DNA of 64,000 nt, from positions 28,482,503 to 28,546,502 of the forward strand of contig CM120640.1 in NCBI GenBank assembly GCA_051362555.1. Direction: 5' to 3'. Both the position numbers and the translations under genes were made by a program. This document shows positions 49,312 through 63,629 of this stretch, one piece after another. This DNA is from Lingula anatina. Taxonomy: Eukaryota; Animalia; Brachiopoda. Under the pieces are notes generated by a model, which saw nothing but the letters and a program-made list of their open reading frames with translations, was not told the DNA's origin and did no database searches. Position 1 is the first letter of the stretch, and each line of letters begins with the position of its first letter.

Positions 49312-52300
49312 CTTTAATTTCAAAAAGTTCAGTTTTTCCTTTTCTTGTCTATCAGTTGGCCTCTGTGTGACAAATCTGAGGCAGCACTGATATTCTTACC
49401 GCTGATATTCTTATCTCTGTCTGACTATCAAATATCAGGCCAGCACATAACAGTGAATGTTTCACTTACAGACATCTGTACGTGACCTGGAACATGGTGT
49501 GCGTTATATCATGCTGGTACCCTCTACAGTTTCAAACTTACTTCAGTGTGTCCCTGTCTGTCTCTTTAGAAGTTTATCTCCTCCTTGTTACGCTCACGCA
49601 CTTTCCAGGAAACTCCATGAAACTAAACGTTTGCCAGTTCTCATATTCTCACCACGACAGCTTAGTGTTTGTTTGGTTGACAAACTCACTGGCTAAGACT
49701 GTGACCCCGTCCCCCGCTTTACTAGGCAATGTCATTTCCACGGTGTGCTTGAATAACAGCGTAACAAGGCAGGTTGTTTGGGTTGTTGATCCTAGTCCTT
49801 TGAAATTATTTAACTTGATTTCACGTTAAATTATTTAACATTGTTCCAGCAAACGAAGCCCATATAATCAGCATCGATCTGAAAACACCTCGTTCAAAGG
49901 GAAAAATCAACAGCCGGCACAATGGCGGCTGTGAGCGCCCTTAGCAACAAGCGGATCCGGAGTGTGAGAGGGCGAAACTCTATCTGATATAACTGCGCCC
50001 TTGTGTAAATAGCAGATATGTTGAGACTTTTTGTTGGTAAATATGATACGTTTAACCTGCACACTGGATCTTCGATTTTGAATTCTAATGATATTTGCAC
50101 ACTGGGGTTACGCTTTTAAGATAGGGATTTGCGTTTTACCTGCCTCTTATTGCCCATAAACAGTCTAACTGTGGCTTCGTGTTACACCCTTCTGTGTATT
50201 CAACAATGCATTGAGGTATAGTTAAGGGCTTTAGAAAATGCATAATTGATCAAAAACACGAAAAGCAACTGTGTTGATATTCAATACATGCACCTCGTGT
50301 TAAAATGTTTAATAATGGAAATGTTAAAAGAAGAAAAGGTCAATTTTATGAAAAGTCACTGGCGGCCTCCTTAGACTCCCGCCGCCAGTTTTTCTCACTC
50401 CTTCCTTTTTCTCTCACCTCCTGGCTTTTCTTCACTTCAACCTCACTACAGTTACCGCTTTTCGTGCATTCATTTTCATTTGTCGTGATATCTAAAATCA
50501 AATATGGTACGTAAACTTACAAATTTTCTTCTGCTAATGATATTGTTTCTTAGACATGTCAAAGTGCACAATATCATCAATATTCGTTGTTATTTTCAAT
50601 AGTGGAATGATCACAATTTCTCATGCGTGGTGATGGTTTTTATCGTTTTTTTTTTCTTTAAAAATGCAACCGTGGAATATTAAGATAGTAGTCTCCTCGT
50701 GAAGGCTGTCATAACTAATTTTTAACAATAAAAGAATCGTATTTTGCAAGTCTTCTTAATTTTTGTCTTTACGAATGATTACAATGAATAAAAACTATTT
50801 TCTCTTTTGAGACTTAAACCTTGTATTCGTCCAAGTTTTGGAGAAATGGTCTTTCCTTGGTGTATGCATATCTCGTATTGCATTGAACGGTTGGAGCAAT
50901 GCTCAAGTAGTGCTACTTTTTGTCAAAAGAGGGCGCGCTATGTGGACTTGCTTTATTGCACCGCAGAAAATTCAACGAGCCGTTTAAGTCTGTATTTTGG
51001 ACTTTATTTCCTATCCGTCCGTTAAGTATACATAAGCCCCTCTTGTGTTTTTGTAACGTTTGAAACGGACCAGCAAAATTCCTTCTCGCTCATCGCGCGT
51101 AAATTCCTGCGCGTGCTTTCTGTGTGGTGGGGGCTGAACCGCGGCATGCAGACAGCACAGAATCCATCATCGAGTTCACGTTAGTCAAAATAAATTGCAT
51201 AATAATTCTTTTTCATTTCCTTGTGACTAATTATTTACTTTTCTTGTTTTTTTCGCACCAAATGGCTTCTGTGTAGATTTCAACGTTTGTTTGTTTCGTT
51301 TTCCATACCACATAAACTTGAATGTTTTGGCTATTGGTAATACTTCACTTAAACTGTCATTCCTTGCTGCCGTAGAATAAATCTATGAAAGAAAAAAAAC
51401 TCCACAAAAACGTCAGTGCAAAACACAAAAACAAACTAAAGGCATTGTTTCCTCTCGAATCCATCTCCTTTGTTTTGCAACTCGCAAACAAAAAAGCCAT
51501 CGTCGTGTTACAGATTTAATCAGTCTTAATCAAGTGCTCGAACTCCGGCGGCATGACGCAATCGGGTCCTCTTACACACGAAGCGGATCAACGATAACAA
51601 TTGTAACATTTGGTGTAAATATTTCAAAAACCTTTGCCAAATGTTCCGATAATTCTGACATCAAATTAGCGGCATTTAATTGAATAAGTACTATTGTTAA
51701 GAAAACCACTGAAGAACCAATCCCGCATTAATTCAATAAGGCTGTGATCATCTTTTCAATTTCAGATTAAATCCAAGTGTCTTCGCTTAGTTTGAAGCAC
51801 CTAATAGAATACCCATAATGTATGAAATATGATGTCAAACAGCAGTTGGTATATTTGCTGATTTTCTGCAAAAATAAAATTGCTCAAGGTGATTTTTGGC
51901 ATGTCCTGTCAATATATCTGATTACATCGAAATTCAATCAACATTGTTGTAAAAAGGTGTCTATAGCATTTATAAAACACAAAAGAAATGAAAGCAAAAT
52001 TAAAAAGACAAATTTGCAAAGAAAAGGCACTTATTGACACAAGTAAAGGCGTCCTCTCAATTTATATTACATAATAACGTTTCCTTTCATGATTTCCCCC
52101 TTTTGAAATATCCGGGATTTCTGCCATGAACTCCAGGGTCATCGGCTGCCAAAGAAAAACTGGTCACCGAGGTTATATTGTTACGGGTCAGAGAAAGAAG
52201 GACAAGCCACTCATCAATCTCCGCGGCAGGTCGACAAAGTTTGCATGAAGGAGAGCCTAGAGAAATATACACAGGCATAAAGAAAAATGTGTTGGCATTT

Positions 52301-52391
52301 AGTTTTGTATTTTTACATTTTGATGACAAATTTCCCACGGTCTTTTTGTGGAGGCTTTTGAAAAAAATTAAGCTCCTTTTTTATTTCTCCT

Positions 52392-52393
52392 TC

Positions 52394-52432
<39 letters not shown>
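52392..52432. repeat. (TTTC)n microsatellite
   Basis: Directly visible. Confidence 0.85.
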
Positions 52433-54219
52433 AATCAATACCCAAACTACTACTTGAATTTCAATGCAAAACGGCGGTTAAGATAGCTTACTCAGCTTGG
52501 CATTGAACAATATAACTTTTATCTATTACAAGTGGTAAAACAATATTTAAATGCATTCAACACAACTATTAGTCACACGTGCAAAAATCACAAAGTGTAT
52601 TTTAGACCACACATTAAAAACGATAAGTACACCTATCTTTATTTAAAACTCAGGAAGTCAGCCGTTTAACCGAGAGCTTGTTACCAGAAGACAGTTTAGT
52701 GTCCGGCTCAGAGACAAAAAATGATCGCAATTTGATGCGCCTGATTGAACTCCAGCATTCAGAACGGAAACGACAAATATAATGGGGGTATTATGCGGGA
52801 CTTTTCTGTCAGCGCACTTCACAACAAAAACATGAAAACTGACTCAACCGGCGGAAAGATGTCTTTTCACGAAGCATAAAATCCCGTGCACTAAGCTGTT
52901 AGGTTTTACACTTGAGAGAATCGACTTTCTGTGACAGTCCAAACTTCGACATCCATTGTTGTTCTTCCACCGATAAACGAGTTTACAGATAGTGATTGGA
53001 AACAAATGGAGGTGAAATAACACGACTCGATCAAATAAAGCACTTAGACTACCAGTCATGTCATAGATACCTAGTAGAATGTTGTATCAATAAATTGTGG
53101 CTACAGTTTCAAAGTAAAATGATTCCCTAGGTAAATTTATGACACGGCATTAACAATGTGACAAATGTTCAATACCAAGCAATTACGCGTAATGGCGAAG
53201 TCTGTGCAAATATCAACCGCAAATAATTACAGTTCACCATTGTTCAGATGTGACATTTTATTTGAAAAGCGTTTTAATTACAACAAAATAATTCTTTGGA
53301 TTATAATGTCACCAAATCCCTGCCATTACATCGTTTCCGCCAATACAGAGAGCACTTGGGTGAGGCCGGGCGCTTTCAATGGCCCGGGGCTAGCAAAACT
53401 AATGGAGATTCTTATTGATTCGATTGGCAAATACAACCTTAAACTGTCGATTCAAACCAAAAACAAGTACCTATTTGCCAGTGTTTTTAAACTCTGTGAC
53501 GCGAATTGTCGTGGGTTGAAGTTTTGGTCATTACACAATCGGCTATTTTTCCTTTTCTTATTCTACCCGCTGCTGTGGCTGGCCGCTCGTGTCAACTCTA
53601 TCTTGAAGACGATTGTATTTAGTTTGTGCTGCTTTGTCAGCTCATTTACACCTGGCTGTTTTCGTAGCAAAATAAGTCCCTCTATTGAAGTTTATAGAAT
53701 ACGTCTAATCCTCTAGTGAGGCACTTAAGTCGATTGCACCGGGAAACCCAAGGGAAAGGGTGGAACGACGCAAGCTGTGTTTAATGACATCTAATGAGAA
53801 AAAAAGCTTTTGAATGGCATGTCTTTTCAACTGAAATTTTAATGAGGGTTTTTCATTCCCTCCATTCACTTTTTCACGCGCGTATTTTACCTAGCCTCGT
53901 ATTATTTTAGTGTAGCGTGTTTTTCTGCCTTCGTAGACCTTTTCTTGCTCCCGGCGGGGGATACTCGAGTAGAAGAGGGAGTACCCTTTGATAAACGGGC
54001 CCTTACATTCACATAACTATCAAATCAGCCATCACATTAAAACAAACGCGCACTCCAATAAAATAAGGTGGTAAATCTCTGGCAGGTATGAAAAGGAAAA
54101 CCACAAAGACTTCACCCATGCTTCTCATAAAAAGCCTATTAACAATATATACTCTTTTTAAAAACGCATGATTGGGATTAAGAACGCTTGTACGTTCTTT
54201 TTCTTTATCTTGAAGAGAT

Positions 54220-54505
54220 CCGTAGGAGGTACCGAGCTGTTTTCCCCGTGTTAGAAGGGGCAAAGCGTCTCCGTGTCGTTAAGCCGCACGCGTGGGGTGA
54301 TGTTGTGTGGATAAACCAGCGGCAGAGACCATTAATATGTTCATTAAGCAAGAGCTGACTCTCTGCACCCGCCTTGTTTGATGGAGCAAATGATAGACTT
54401 CGGTAGCAGCCTTGGGGAAAGATAACAGGTTTGTGAAGAACTGTGGAGCGATAAATACATGGATCTCCTCCCTACCAGATGGTTCGGGTCTAACCACTGA
54501 ACTAA
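54220..54505 (-). mobile_element. Possible decayed tRNA-derived SINE
   Basis: The - strand begins TAGTTCAGTGGTTAGA (Pol III A-box / tRNA D-arm-like, 54489-54504). B box degenerate; body GC-richer than flanks. Confidence 0.3.
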
Positions 54506-55315
54506 AAAAAAAGTAATAGAAAAAAACGCACAAAGAACTTTAAATGGAAAAGAGTTGCTGTTTACCAACATGTATGAACAAATTTAGAAAAAAAAACATT
54601 TTGGAGTGGAAATTCATATTGCAAATAAAAATTGAGGCTTATTTTCATTTTTATAGAATAATCATAGCAACGGTTATAAAATTTAAATTGGCATTTTGAT
54701 AAGGTTTATATCTATGAATTCGTTACAGTTTGTTAAATGGGTTTTCTTTGAAAAATAATGTTTTGTTACCTGAGGCAATGATTTCTGCATGACTGAAAAA
54801 TGTTTTATTTTTATTAATGTTCAAAATGTTTTACAAATTTCTACTTTTTTAATTGAATTTGTGTTTTTATTTTTTTATTTTTTTGTTTGTTTGTTTTTCA
54901 TTTCTGCTGCTTTCAACGTAATTTGCCTTTTTAACATTCCCTTGAAATCACTGGGTGACTGGAATTGTGTGGGAATTATTTCAAATTTTAGAAATGTTTA
55001 TCAAAATTGTAGAAAAAAAATAAGATTGTATCATAAAGATATAGATATTGAACTCCCGTAAAAACAATATCACGAAACAAAATTCAAATTATATTTTTAT
55101 ATAATAATTAATTTATTCATTTTATAATTGATTATTTGTTTATCATATTGACATGCTGTCGTAGTACTTGCATTAATGACTCTTACGTGCATGATTTAAC
55201 TTTTTGAAAATTGTCTTAATAAATTTAATAAAATATTTTTGGGACTAGAATATTGATCGCAATACGACAGCATTTTCCACGACATCAAGGCACAAGTGCA
55301 CACATGGACGCTCAT

Positions 55316-55316
55316 A

Positions 55317-55371
<55 letters not shown>

Positions 55372-55396
55372 TCACACACACACACACACACACACA
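55316..55396. repeat. (TC)n-(AC)n compound microsatellite
   Basis: Directly visible. Confidence 0.92.
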
Positions 55397-58300
55397 TCCA
55401 ATATCCAACCGCGTGCGAGTCTGTTTCTTATTTCTGCGCCGCTCTGCACCTCCTGCTCGGCTGGGCTTAACTTGGAGCGCCTGCAGAGGGGCAATCCTCT
55501 GCCCTCCCAACGCACCTGGGTCTGGTCACCAAAACCAACACACGGTGACCACACACTATGTTTTGACAGCCTAAAAACTACAAATCGCCAACATAGTGCC
55601 TGTCCATGCAGCCTGTATCTCATGGTTTGATTACATGGTTTGAACAACGGATACATGGCCAAGAAAAAATAAAAGTTCTATACGTGCTTGCTTGAGGCGG
55701 CTCACTTTACAATAACAAATTACCCGATATTGCTATCGCCCCTGGCCAGAGATGCTTATATTGTAATGTTTCAGAAAAGGCTACTTAAGAGCCATGAATT
55801 TACCGTTTAGACACATAAAATTTGAATTTTATAAGTGATGGTATTCTTACTTATACATTTAAACATGTACACGTTATATTATGTTACTGCGTGAATGGGA
55901 GTGCACTAAGAAACATTTTGTTTTTTATCGTTTTATTATCAATTCCCATCGATCCCTGTCTAAATCAAACAAAATATGCACAAAAAATTGATATTTTGAA
56001 ACTGCGTGTATTTATAAAATCTGTAGGACAGTTCATATGGCAAAATTGACTATAACATCCCATCTAATCATCTCATTTTAACATTTCTACACATTTTCAC
56101 GGTAACACTTAACTTCTGAATTACATCACTTCTGTTTTTTACATAAAAGACATTATGAAAGCAAAGAAATTCTTATTCATTTATTTATCTATCGACAATT
56201 CTTCTATCATTGATACAAAAATTTTATTTCGTCAACAGAATATCACTATCTCAGTTCAATTAACAGTACAGTTAAATATATCGTATACACCGGTTAAATA
56301 TGAATAACAAGTTTGTTCATAATCATTATAATTACTTTTTTGATTTTTTAATTTGGGTAGAGCCTAAATGATGTTATTTTAAAAATGATGTTAATGAATA
56401 CATTTATATATAATTATATATATAATTATATATCATTAGAATACCAGCAAAAATTATCACAGGACATTAAATAAAACAAATAAAAACTGTCTGCAATCTA
56501 CAAGAAAGTTCACTTTAAGCCCTTTGAAATGAATCATGCAAATGAATGTTGAATACAATTTGAAAAATTTATTTATTTATTTGTTCGTTTGTTTATTATT
56601 TATTTATTTATCGTAAACATCAGGGAGGGATAGACAATCAAGAACGATCGCATAATAGAACATCTTAGTCATGCCGAATACACAGCAAGCTATTGCTGAA
56701 TAATGACCAAGATTTCCTATAAAAGACCAACATGCATCACAAGTTGTCCAAATCTTCAAATATGGCTGCTCCAGATTTCATCTGACAAGTTCAAATTTAG
56801 CCGAAGTGAGAACCGGTGTGAAGTTAGTTTATTACTGCGTCTATTACATGTTTTAATCAGCATCGATGATATGATCAATGATAGACTTCGCTAAATCAAC
56901 ACCCGTTACAAGGTGCCGTAAATTCCTCAAATGATCGAACACTTGTGGTAAACTTCTTACCATGTTCCCGAAGGCGCGAAAAACAAGGCACTGGAAGCAG
57001 ACGACGACCAAGAGACAATATGTAGAATGCATCAGCGCAGGAAAAGCGGCGAAACATGAGCCAAGATTTTCAGCAGTTGTGAGTAATTTTAGAACTGCCA
57101 CATGAAATCGTAAAAACAAACCGCGAGAGGAGAGATGCAACGGTCCATCAGTCCTAACAACTTCCATCTTTCCATCTAATGTATTAATGGAGTCGGTAAA
57201 CTTTCAACACCCAGTGTGTGAACTAATACAAATAAAGACAGCGTCGGGTATGTTTGCGGTAGCTATCATGTGTAATTTTTCATACGGGGGGTTTCTTCAG
57301 GAAATACTGACTTTATTTTATTTTAGTTTTGACCCACGACCGTTTTCTGATGTCATCTAGATGTAGAAGGAGACGTTCTACGCAGCGGCATCCTCATACA
57401 AGCACACCCGGACTATGTTCTAAACATGTTGGCTATTTGAAATCAATACAACAGGTACAAGACAAAATGTGAAATTAATTAAGCATGATCTGGTGGGAAA
57501 ATAGAAATGTTTTGGCAAATCGAATGTATTATTATAATTAAAGTACTTATTATCCAATAGTAATTATAAGTTCATCTTTTTTTTTTCATTGTCGAAGTTT
57601 CCAGGTTAGATACAGGGATAAGAAACCGTAATTATTTTTTAGCGGGGCTACTAAATGATTTTTAAAAACCGCCTAGCAAGATAGTCGCTGCTTTGTTCCG
57701 ACCGTCCAACTTCCGATTCACACACCGGCCGCAATAGTTTTCAAGAGGGTGGTTATCATAATTGCCTTTGTTTTTCTTAATTAAGATAGTATCCAATTAA
57801 CGGTTTTCTTAATGTGAAGTGGCTTGCGTACTTTCGCATACCTTAAAGAGCGCTTGCACTTTGATGTTACTTGTAGAGTGTCAACTTTGTAAGGTTTATC
57901 GGGCGGAATGTCAACTCGAAATTGTTTCTTGAATTTTATGTGTGGAATGTCTACACATGATAAGAAAGTTTGTGGATCGTTTGATGAAGAACATGAGCTC
58001 CCGCTTAAGACTTGTCCGTTATTGAGATTTTATTATCAAGTACTTGTTGTAAATGGTTTTCCGGATATATCAAATTAATTATCTTAAACTTACTTACAGG
58101 TCTTTAACATTAAGCGAGATTTTCTATTTCTTGAGTTTCAGACAATAATTTTCGACAAATAATCTGCGAGTGGCCATTAAAAATATCACTGCGCAAAATA
58201 CTATATGCTCGCCCTACGATGTGCGCGTGGAAGAAGTTATGAAAGACAACTGAACGGAACATTACTGCACGTGCCAAGATGTTAATTACGTACGATGATA

Positions 58301-61300
58301 CAACACGCTGGTGGCTAAATATTTGTGTGCGGAAAACTAACGTTAGTGAAGACACATCGCTTGTTTATTCGGTAAATCTGGCGTTGTTTGGAGATGACAC
58401 CAAAATTAGCGAACAAAATGTTGGATCGAATCCTACTCGAGTGCAAGGTCCATCTGTTTCTTCACCTGATTTATGTTACCTTATGGTGTATTGTAAATCA
58501 CAGATCTTCGAGCCGTTATTACCGGTAACCTTTCCCGATTCGGCCCACTTGAGCACGCAACCAATAACACTCTGCCACTCGTTGAGTTTATCAGTTGTCG
58601 ATCCAAGCCATAACGTCGACGACCATGCCACTTTTGTTGAACGGGAAAAGCAACTTTATCAAATATCATTGATTTAAGGTGAAATAAATTTTCAAACTTT
58701 TGCAAACAATGTACAGCTTGATTGCATTCCCGGTTGTATCCTAAGTGGATCTTTTACGACATTTTATGACGTTTTACCGCAGCGCAGCACGGCACGGACT
58801 GTCCTAAAGCAAGTCGTAAAAGAGACTTGAAAAATATTTATCTTTCTTTATTACGTTTGATTATTGTGCACATGTGACGGTCTCATACGATAAGAACGAT
58901 AAAGACAATTATTATAGAGAGATCTGTACACAATTACGTCTTATAATAAAACTATCGAGGAGCACTGCGTCAACACGACTGATTAACGTTTGTTTTAACG
59001 GAGTCGATAGAAAAAAAAAGAACTTAGTTTAACTGACGAAAAATCCTTAAAGAAACTTAAGTTGATTTCAGTGCATTTTTTCCGCCCTAGAACTGACTTG
59101 GATCCCATTTCACTCAAAGGACCGAGTTCTTTTTGATGGTAAAAAACACTGATGACTATATCAGACCCGGCATGCGGAGATTCCGCTCACTGATATTTTG
59201 CACCGATTCAAAAAACAAATTATTTTGTCAAGCTGTTTGAAAAGTATCGATGTTTGTTGGTTTTCTTTTAAGAAATGAAATTTTTGGATTCTGCTAATTT
59301 CTTTCGTTGCATTTATACTCTTTGAACCTGGTTTTCGCACGTTGTGCGCGTAGACCCAAGCTTTGAATTGTAACAGAAGAGCTGTTTGGTAAACTCATTA
59401 ACTTTTAGCATGTGTTAAATAATTTTGAGACAAGGTTTAACCATACAACCTATGACCAGCTAATATTTTCTGATGTAATATTTTCCTATATTGATAATAA
59501 GCAAGATGTAATTAAATCTGGTATGATTTGATATTACCCGTATTAGCTCTAAGGCTAAAAAGATTTTTTTGTGATATATGCATAAAAAGTGTTTTATTTT
59601 TTTATAAAAAAAAGACCAACATATTCCGTCTTATTTGTCCTTATAACCGCATAAACCTGCTGCAGCAAATATTTCATGAGAACGACAGAATAAATATAAT
59701 TGAATTATTGATTGCCTTTACAATATCAATTTTTCACAATATACAGCCAAATTAAAAAAAGGAAAGTGTAGGTCCTTTGCTGAGCAATAAAGTAAATATT
59801 AACTGTACTGGCATAATCCTTCGAGACAAGTCTTCTGTATTTGCGAATTACATTACTAAATCATAGCCTACTTCTCCGCCTCAAAAATTTAAAGAAGATT
59901 AGTAGGAAATATGTGTCACTTTATGCTTTTATCGTTTAGTTTATGAAATATACACAGCCAGAGTGCGAATGGAATGTGAGCTATGTAAACCAAGGATTAC
60001 TTCGGCTATCATGAACAGTAGAACTCTTTTCATAAATTTCATAAACGGATGCACGTTAAAAGCGTCTCTTGTGGCTTTCATATTGACGCTTTTATGACGA
60101 GGACAACTTTACTTTAAACAACGAGGATATTCGATGCGAACTCGAGCTTCTGTGAATCACCGATCTCAGCGGCGCAGCCGCGTGGAAAAAGAATCACACC
60201 GTTTGAAGAGGAACCTCAAAACTTTTAACGCAAACATTAGAGCTTTAAACCCCTTGAAGAGAAACACACACTCCGTAGGGCAACTAGTTCTGGTGATGCG
60301 GTCCTCGCCCCGGGGTCAAAACAAATTTGTTATTGGAGTTACGAACATGACACTTAGGGGCACCCTATCATCGCTTACTTTCCAAAACTAATGAGGAAAG
60401 CAGATAAAGCTGAGCTTCTGAGGAGAGTTGATAAAGAAAACAGTTTCACTGTGAGAAGATACAACAATTCAGACCAATATTTAGAGATTAAGTAGCAGCT
60501 TTTTGCTGGAATGCTTGCCCACCTAACGCGTTCGATATAGAATCCCAGTCACTGTTTTTATTTATGTACGCGCACTTATCTTCTTAATGAAATAAAGAAA
60601 AGACTAGATTCAGGTAACATATTCATAGACAAAATATATTTAGACATAAATCTCACATACAATGACGGATAAGTTAAAACAATTTGAAAATTGGTATGGC
60701 TAACATTAAAACAATTGACACACAATTACTGAAACACTTTTCCTTTGCACTCAGTATTTATACACAAATTATTGGCCATAAACCCTTTTAATACCTAAAC
60801 TTGGTATTAATCTTGCTGGTTTCTATATTATTATTTCTAAAACTAATAAAAACATAATCCATACATTTGCAACCCTGTCGTAAATATCAGAGACTAATTA
60901 GAAAACTCTTCGTTTATATGCTCATTGGGTTTTGTACAATTACAAGATTCATCGAAAGTTTTTAAAATGAATGATAATGAATTTTTCGAAAGACGTAATC
61001 TTAACTGTGACAATTGATGATTGATATTGATAAACTGCAAAATTTTAAGTGGCGTTTCCATTATTCTAAATCTTATAATAAAAGAAATATACATTGGATG
61101 AGATTTAAAAAAATAAAAAAAACAAGTTAATGTGTTGAAACGAATTTTGATAAATTTAAACACCATACGTGTTAAGCGTTATTTTATCTATTTTCTCAGT
61201 ATTCATTACCAGTTATATTTTAGAAATACATTGGTAACCATTATTATAAGATGACTTAGAATATCGCTTTCTTTCGGAGATATTTTCAACAGCATACTAT

Positions 61301-61944
61301 TATTTAAAATTAGTATGAAAATTGTAAAAAAAAATATTACTCCGACAAACCATAAATCTGAGTAAAGTAATTCTAAAAAATACATAAAATGATTAAATAA
61401 ATAAGTAAATAAAAAAAGTTTCCAGCATTTTACATTTCAAAATAAATCTATTTCATTTTCTGTATGTTAGGATTGAAAAGGAGATAAAAATAAAAAAGCA
61501 AATATTCCAGCTTTTCGATAGAAATATTTCACATTAACTATCCAATTTATGCGGACATTCTAAATCATCATGTTATTTTTTTATATCCCTGAATGAATTC
61601 CTTACCGTATGAATGAGGCAACGTCCGCCAACTTGAACCAGACGGGTATTTTCTTCAAAATTATTCCAGATTATTTTAAACAGAAACTTTCCCTGTCACA
61701 GTCAGTATGTATAATACTTTACCAAGTCTTTGCAAACATTATTGTTTATGCTTCAGAGTTAGTTTAAAATGTTATGTAAAAATCAAATATCAACACTCAA
61801 GCCTGTCTGCCAGTACATTTCGTGATTTTGAGCAACGTTGCTGATAATAATGAGACAGTAAAAATACCATCTATGAATTGGTAATCTTTGGCATAAGTTT
61901 ATCGGTCGCCCTATTTTTTAAAAGTCCATGCATGAATATAGATT

Positions 61945-63300
61945 TCATCGCTGCCACCCTGCTGTGGAACTGTAATATTGCATGTAATGTCTGTATTTTT
62001 CAAGCTCAAGTGCCGATATGGCTGAGATTCCAACGGGAAGAGGGGCACTGAACGCGCTTGAACCGGGCCCGCGTGCGAAGTGCTCGTAGTAGGCCGGTCT
62101 CAGGGACGACAGGGCCGAAGAGGCCGGTAAAACTGTCGAAACAACACCCCCACTGACCGATGTACCGCTGGCCAGCGGCGATCTGCCGTTATTCGGAGTA
62201 GACTTATTGTTTCCGATTAAACTGTCAATGGTGAAACCTCCCCCGGGTTTCGTGGCTATAGACTTTGAAGAAGTTGCTGATGAAGAGTTGGATGAGGATG
62301 AGGATAACATTGTCCCTGTTGAGACGGTTGTTTTTAAAGGAAACGAGCCCTCGGAAATGGTATTTTGCAGACTCTGTAACGCCGGGCTATTGAGTCCTAA
62401 ACTCATGGAACTGAGAGCTGAAGCCCGGGCGATATCTTGCGGTGGTAGTAAAGACACGGGGGGAGGGAGAGGTGCCATAAAGTGCGCATACGGCCCGGGG
62501 AGCCCCTGGTGATGGGGGTGGAGATGCGCAGGAAGGTTGTGGTGGGAATGCATCCCCAAGAACGCCTGGCCGTATGGATGGTGGGTGGGCAGGAACGCCG
62601 TGGGTTGGTGCATGAGATCGGGAGTGATGCGTTTGTAGCGTTTTCTTCGCCTCAGAAAACTGCCGTTGTCAAACATATCCTCGCTGGCGGGGTCTAGGGT
62701 CCAGTAATTGCCCTTTCCAGGGTTGCCCGGCTCGCGGGGTATCTTAAGGAAGCAGTCATTTAGAGAGAGGTTGTGTCTGATGCTGTTTTGCCAGGCAGGG
62801 AAACGTTCTCTATAATAGGGAAACCTGTTCATGATAAACTCACAGATTCCGCTGAGAGTGAGCCTCTTCCTGGGAGACTGAAGCACTGCCATGGTTATAA
62901 GAGCTATGTAAGAATATGGCGGCTTCACAAGATTATTCTTTTTGTCTCTCCCGTTCTCTGCAGACTCGTTTTTGGTGTCTGCATCATCATCATCGTCGGC
63001 GCCGTCCGCATGACAATCTGAATCATTCTCCATCCCTTCTAACTCCTTGTCGGTACAGTCATCATAATCTTTATAGTCAATATCGTGATAGTCACTGTGA
63101 GCAAAATCTTCCTCTCCATCAGATCCACCGTAGGATTCCCCGGCAGAGACTCCGGGTGATACCTTACTAGTGGTCATGCTTTCCTGTAGACACTGCTGTG
63201 GGGAGGGTGCTAGGCGTTGTTTAGGCGAGTTCTGACGCAAGATTTCAGCGTCTTCGGCTTTCTGGTGTGGAGTCCCCGTGATTTCCATGTCGCAACGCAT
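61945..63300 (-). CDS. FoxD: Forkhead box D transcription factor, intronless (451 aa)
   Basis: Forkhead domain [101 protein letters not shown] is FoxD-diagnostic. Acidic N-terminal region and eh1 motif FTIDSLIG. Confidence 0.97.
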   Translation of the reverse strand: MRCDMEITGTPHQKAEDAEILRQNSPKQRLAPSPQQCLQESMTTSKVSPGVSAGESYGGSDGEEDFAHSDYHDIDYKDYDDCTDKELEGMENDSDCHADGADDDDDADTKNESAENGRDKKNNLVKPPYSYIALITMAVLQSPRKRLTLSGICEFIMNRFPYYRERFPAWQNSIRHNLSLNDCFLKIPREPGNPGKGNYWTLDPASEDMFDNGSFLRRRKRYKRITPDLMHQPTAFLPTHHPYGQAFLGMHSHHNLPAHLHPHHQGLPGPYAHFMAPLPPPVSLLPPQDIARASALSSMSLGLNSPALQSLQNTISEGSFPLKTTVSTGTMLSSSSSNSSSATSSKSIATKPGGGFTIDSLIGNNKSTPNNGRSPLASGTSVSGGVVSTVLPASSALSSLRPAYYEHFARGPGSSAFSAPLPVGISAISALELEKYRHYMQYYSSTAGWQR

Positions 63301-63575
63301 CGCCAGCGTTCGATCTAGACGTCAGATCCCCTGTATAGATCCTAGGGAAAATCTGCCAGGCACACTACACACGCTGAAACACCTTTCTATCAGTGTATAG
63401 ATACGCGAACACGGTACTGTATCGACACACTGTTGTGATAATTCTCGCTGATAAGATCAGGATCGATTCCCAAGAGCGCTCTGCAGCTTTGGATCCTCTG
63501 TTCCTGAGTAATTAGCGAGGTGTTAGCTCGGAAAATTTATCGGAGATGATCCCAGTCCCTGTGAGATCCGAGCAC

Positions 63576-63584
63576 GACCACCCA
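63576..63584 (+). promoter_or_regulatory. Perfect Gli/Ci consensus site GACCACCCA near the FoxD transcription start
   Basis: Exact 9/9 match, about 40 bp downstream of the TATA box on the coding strand. Confidence 0.35.
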
Positions 63585-63621
63585 GTCTGTCAATTGTTCC
63601 TCTCCCCAATTGAAACACCTA

Positions 63622-63629
63622 CTTTTATA
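63622..63629 (-). promoter_or_regulatory. FoxD TATA box TATAAAAG
   Basis: Consensus TATAAAAG about 320 bp upstream of the ATG, in a GC-richer promoter with a CCAAT box (63699-63703) and an E-box CACGTG (63679-63684). Confidence 0.55.

Noticed and set aside
53165-53716. 183-aa + strand ORF as a protein-coding gene
   Set aside because: No recognisable domain; composition (F/I/L/K/S-rich) typical of translated AT-rich non-coding DNA.
55253-55662. ORFs with HT/SL/CV dipeptide repeats
   Set aside because: Translations of microsatellites.
26400-56600. Partial matches to conserved miRNA 5' ends (miR-2-like at about 26402, miR-10-like at about 45819, miR-375-like at about 56580)
   Set aside because: Matches end after 8-10 nt and no supporting hairpin is evident.
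58279-58677. 132-aa ORF containing LFGDDTKI (RT YADD-like)
   Set aside because: No other RT motifs in frame; the adjacent GGATCGAATCC looks more like a SINE B box. Too weak to call.
62207-63170. Antisense ORFs over FoxD (and similar ones over Dbx exon 1 and the ankyrin gene)
   Set aside because: Expected by-products of GC-rich coding sequence; no domains.
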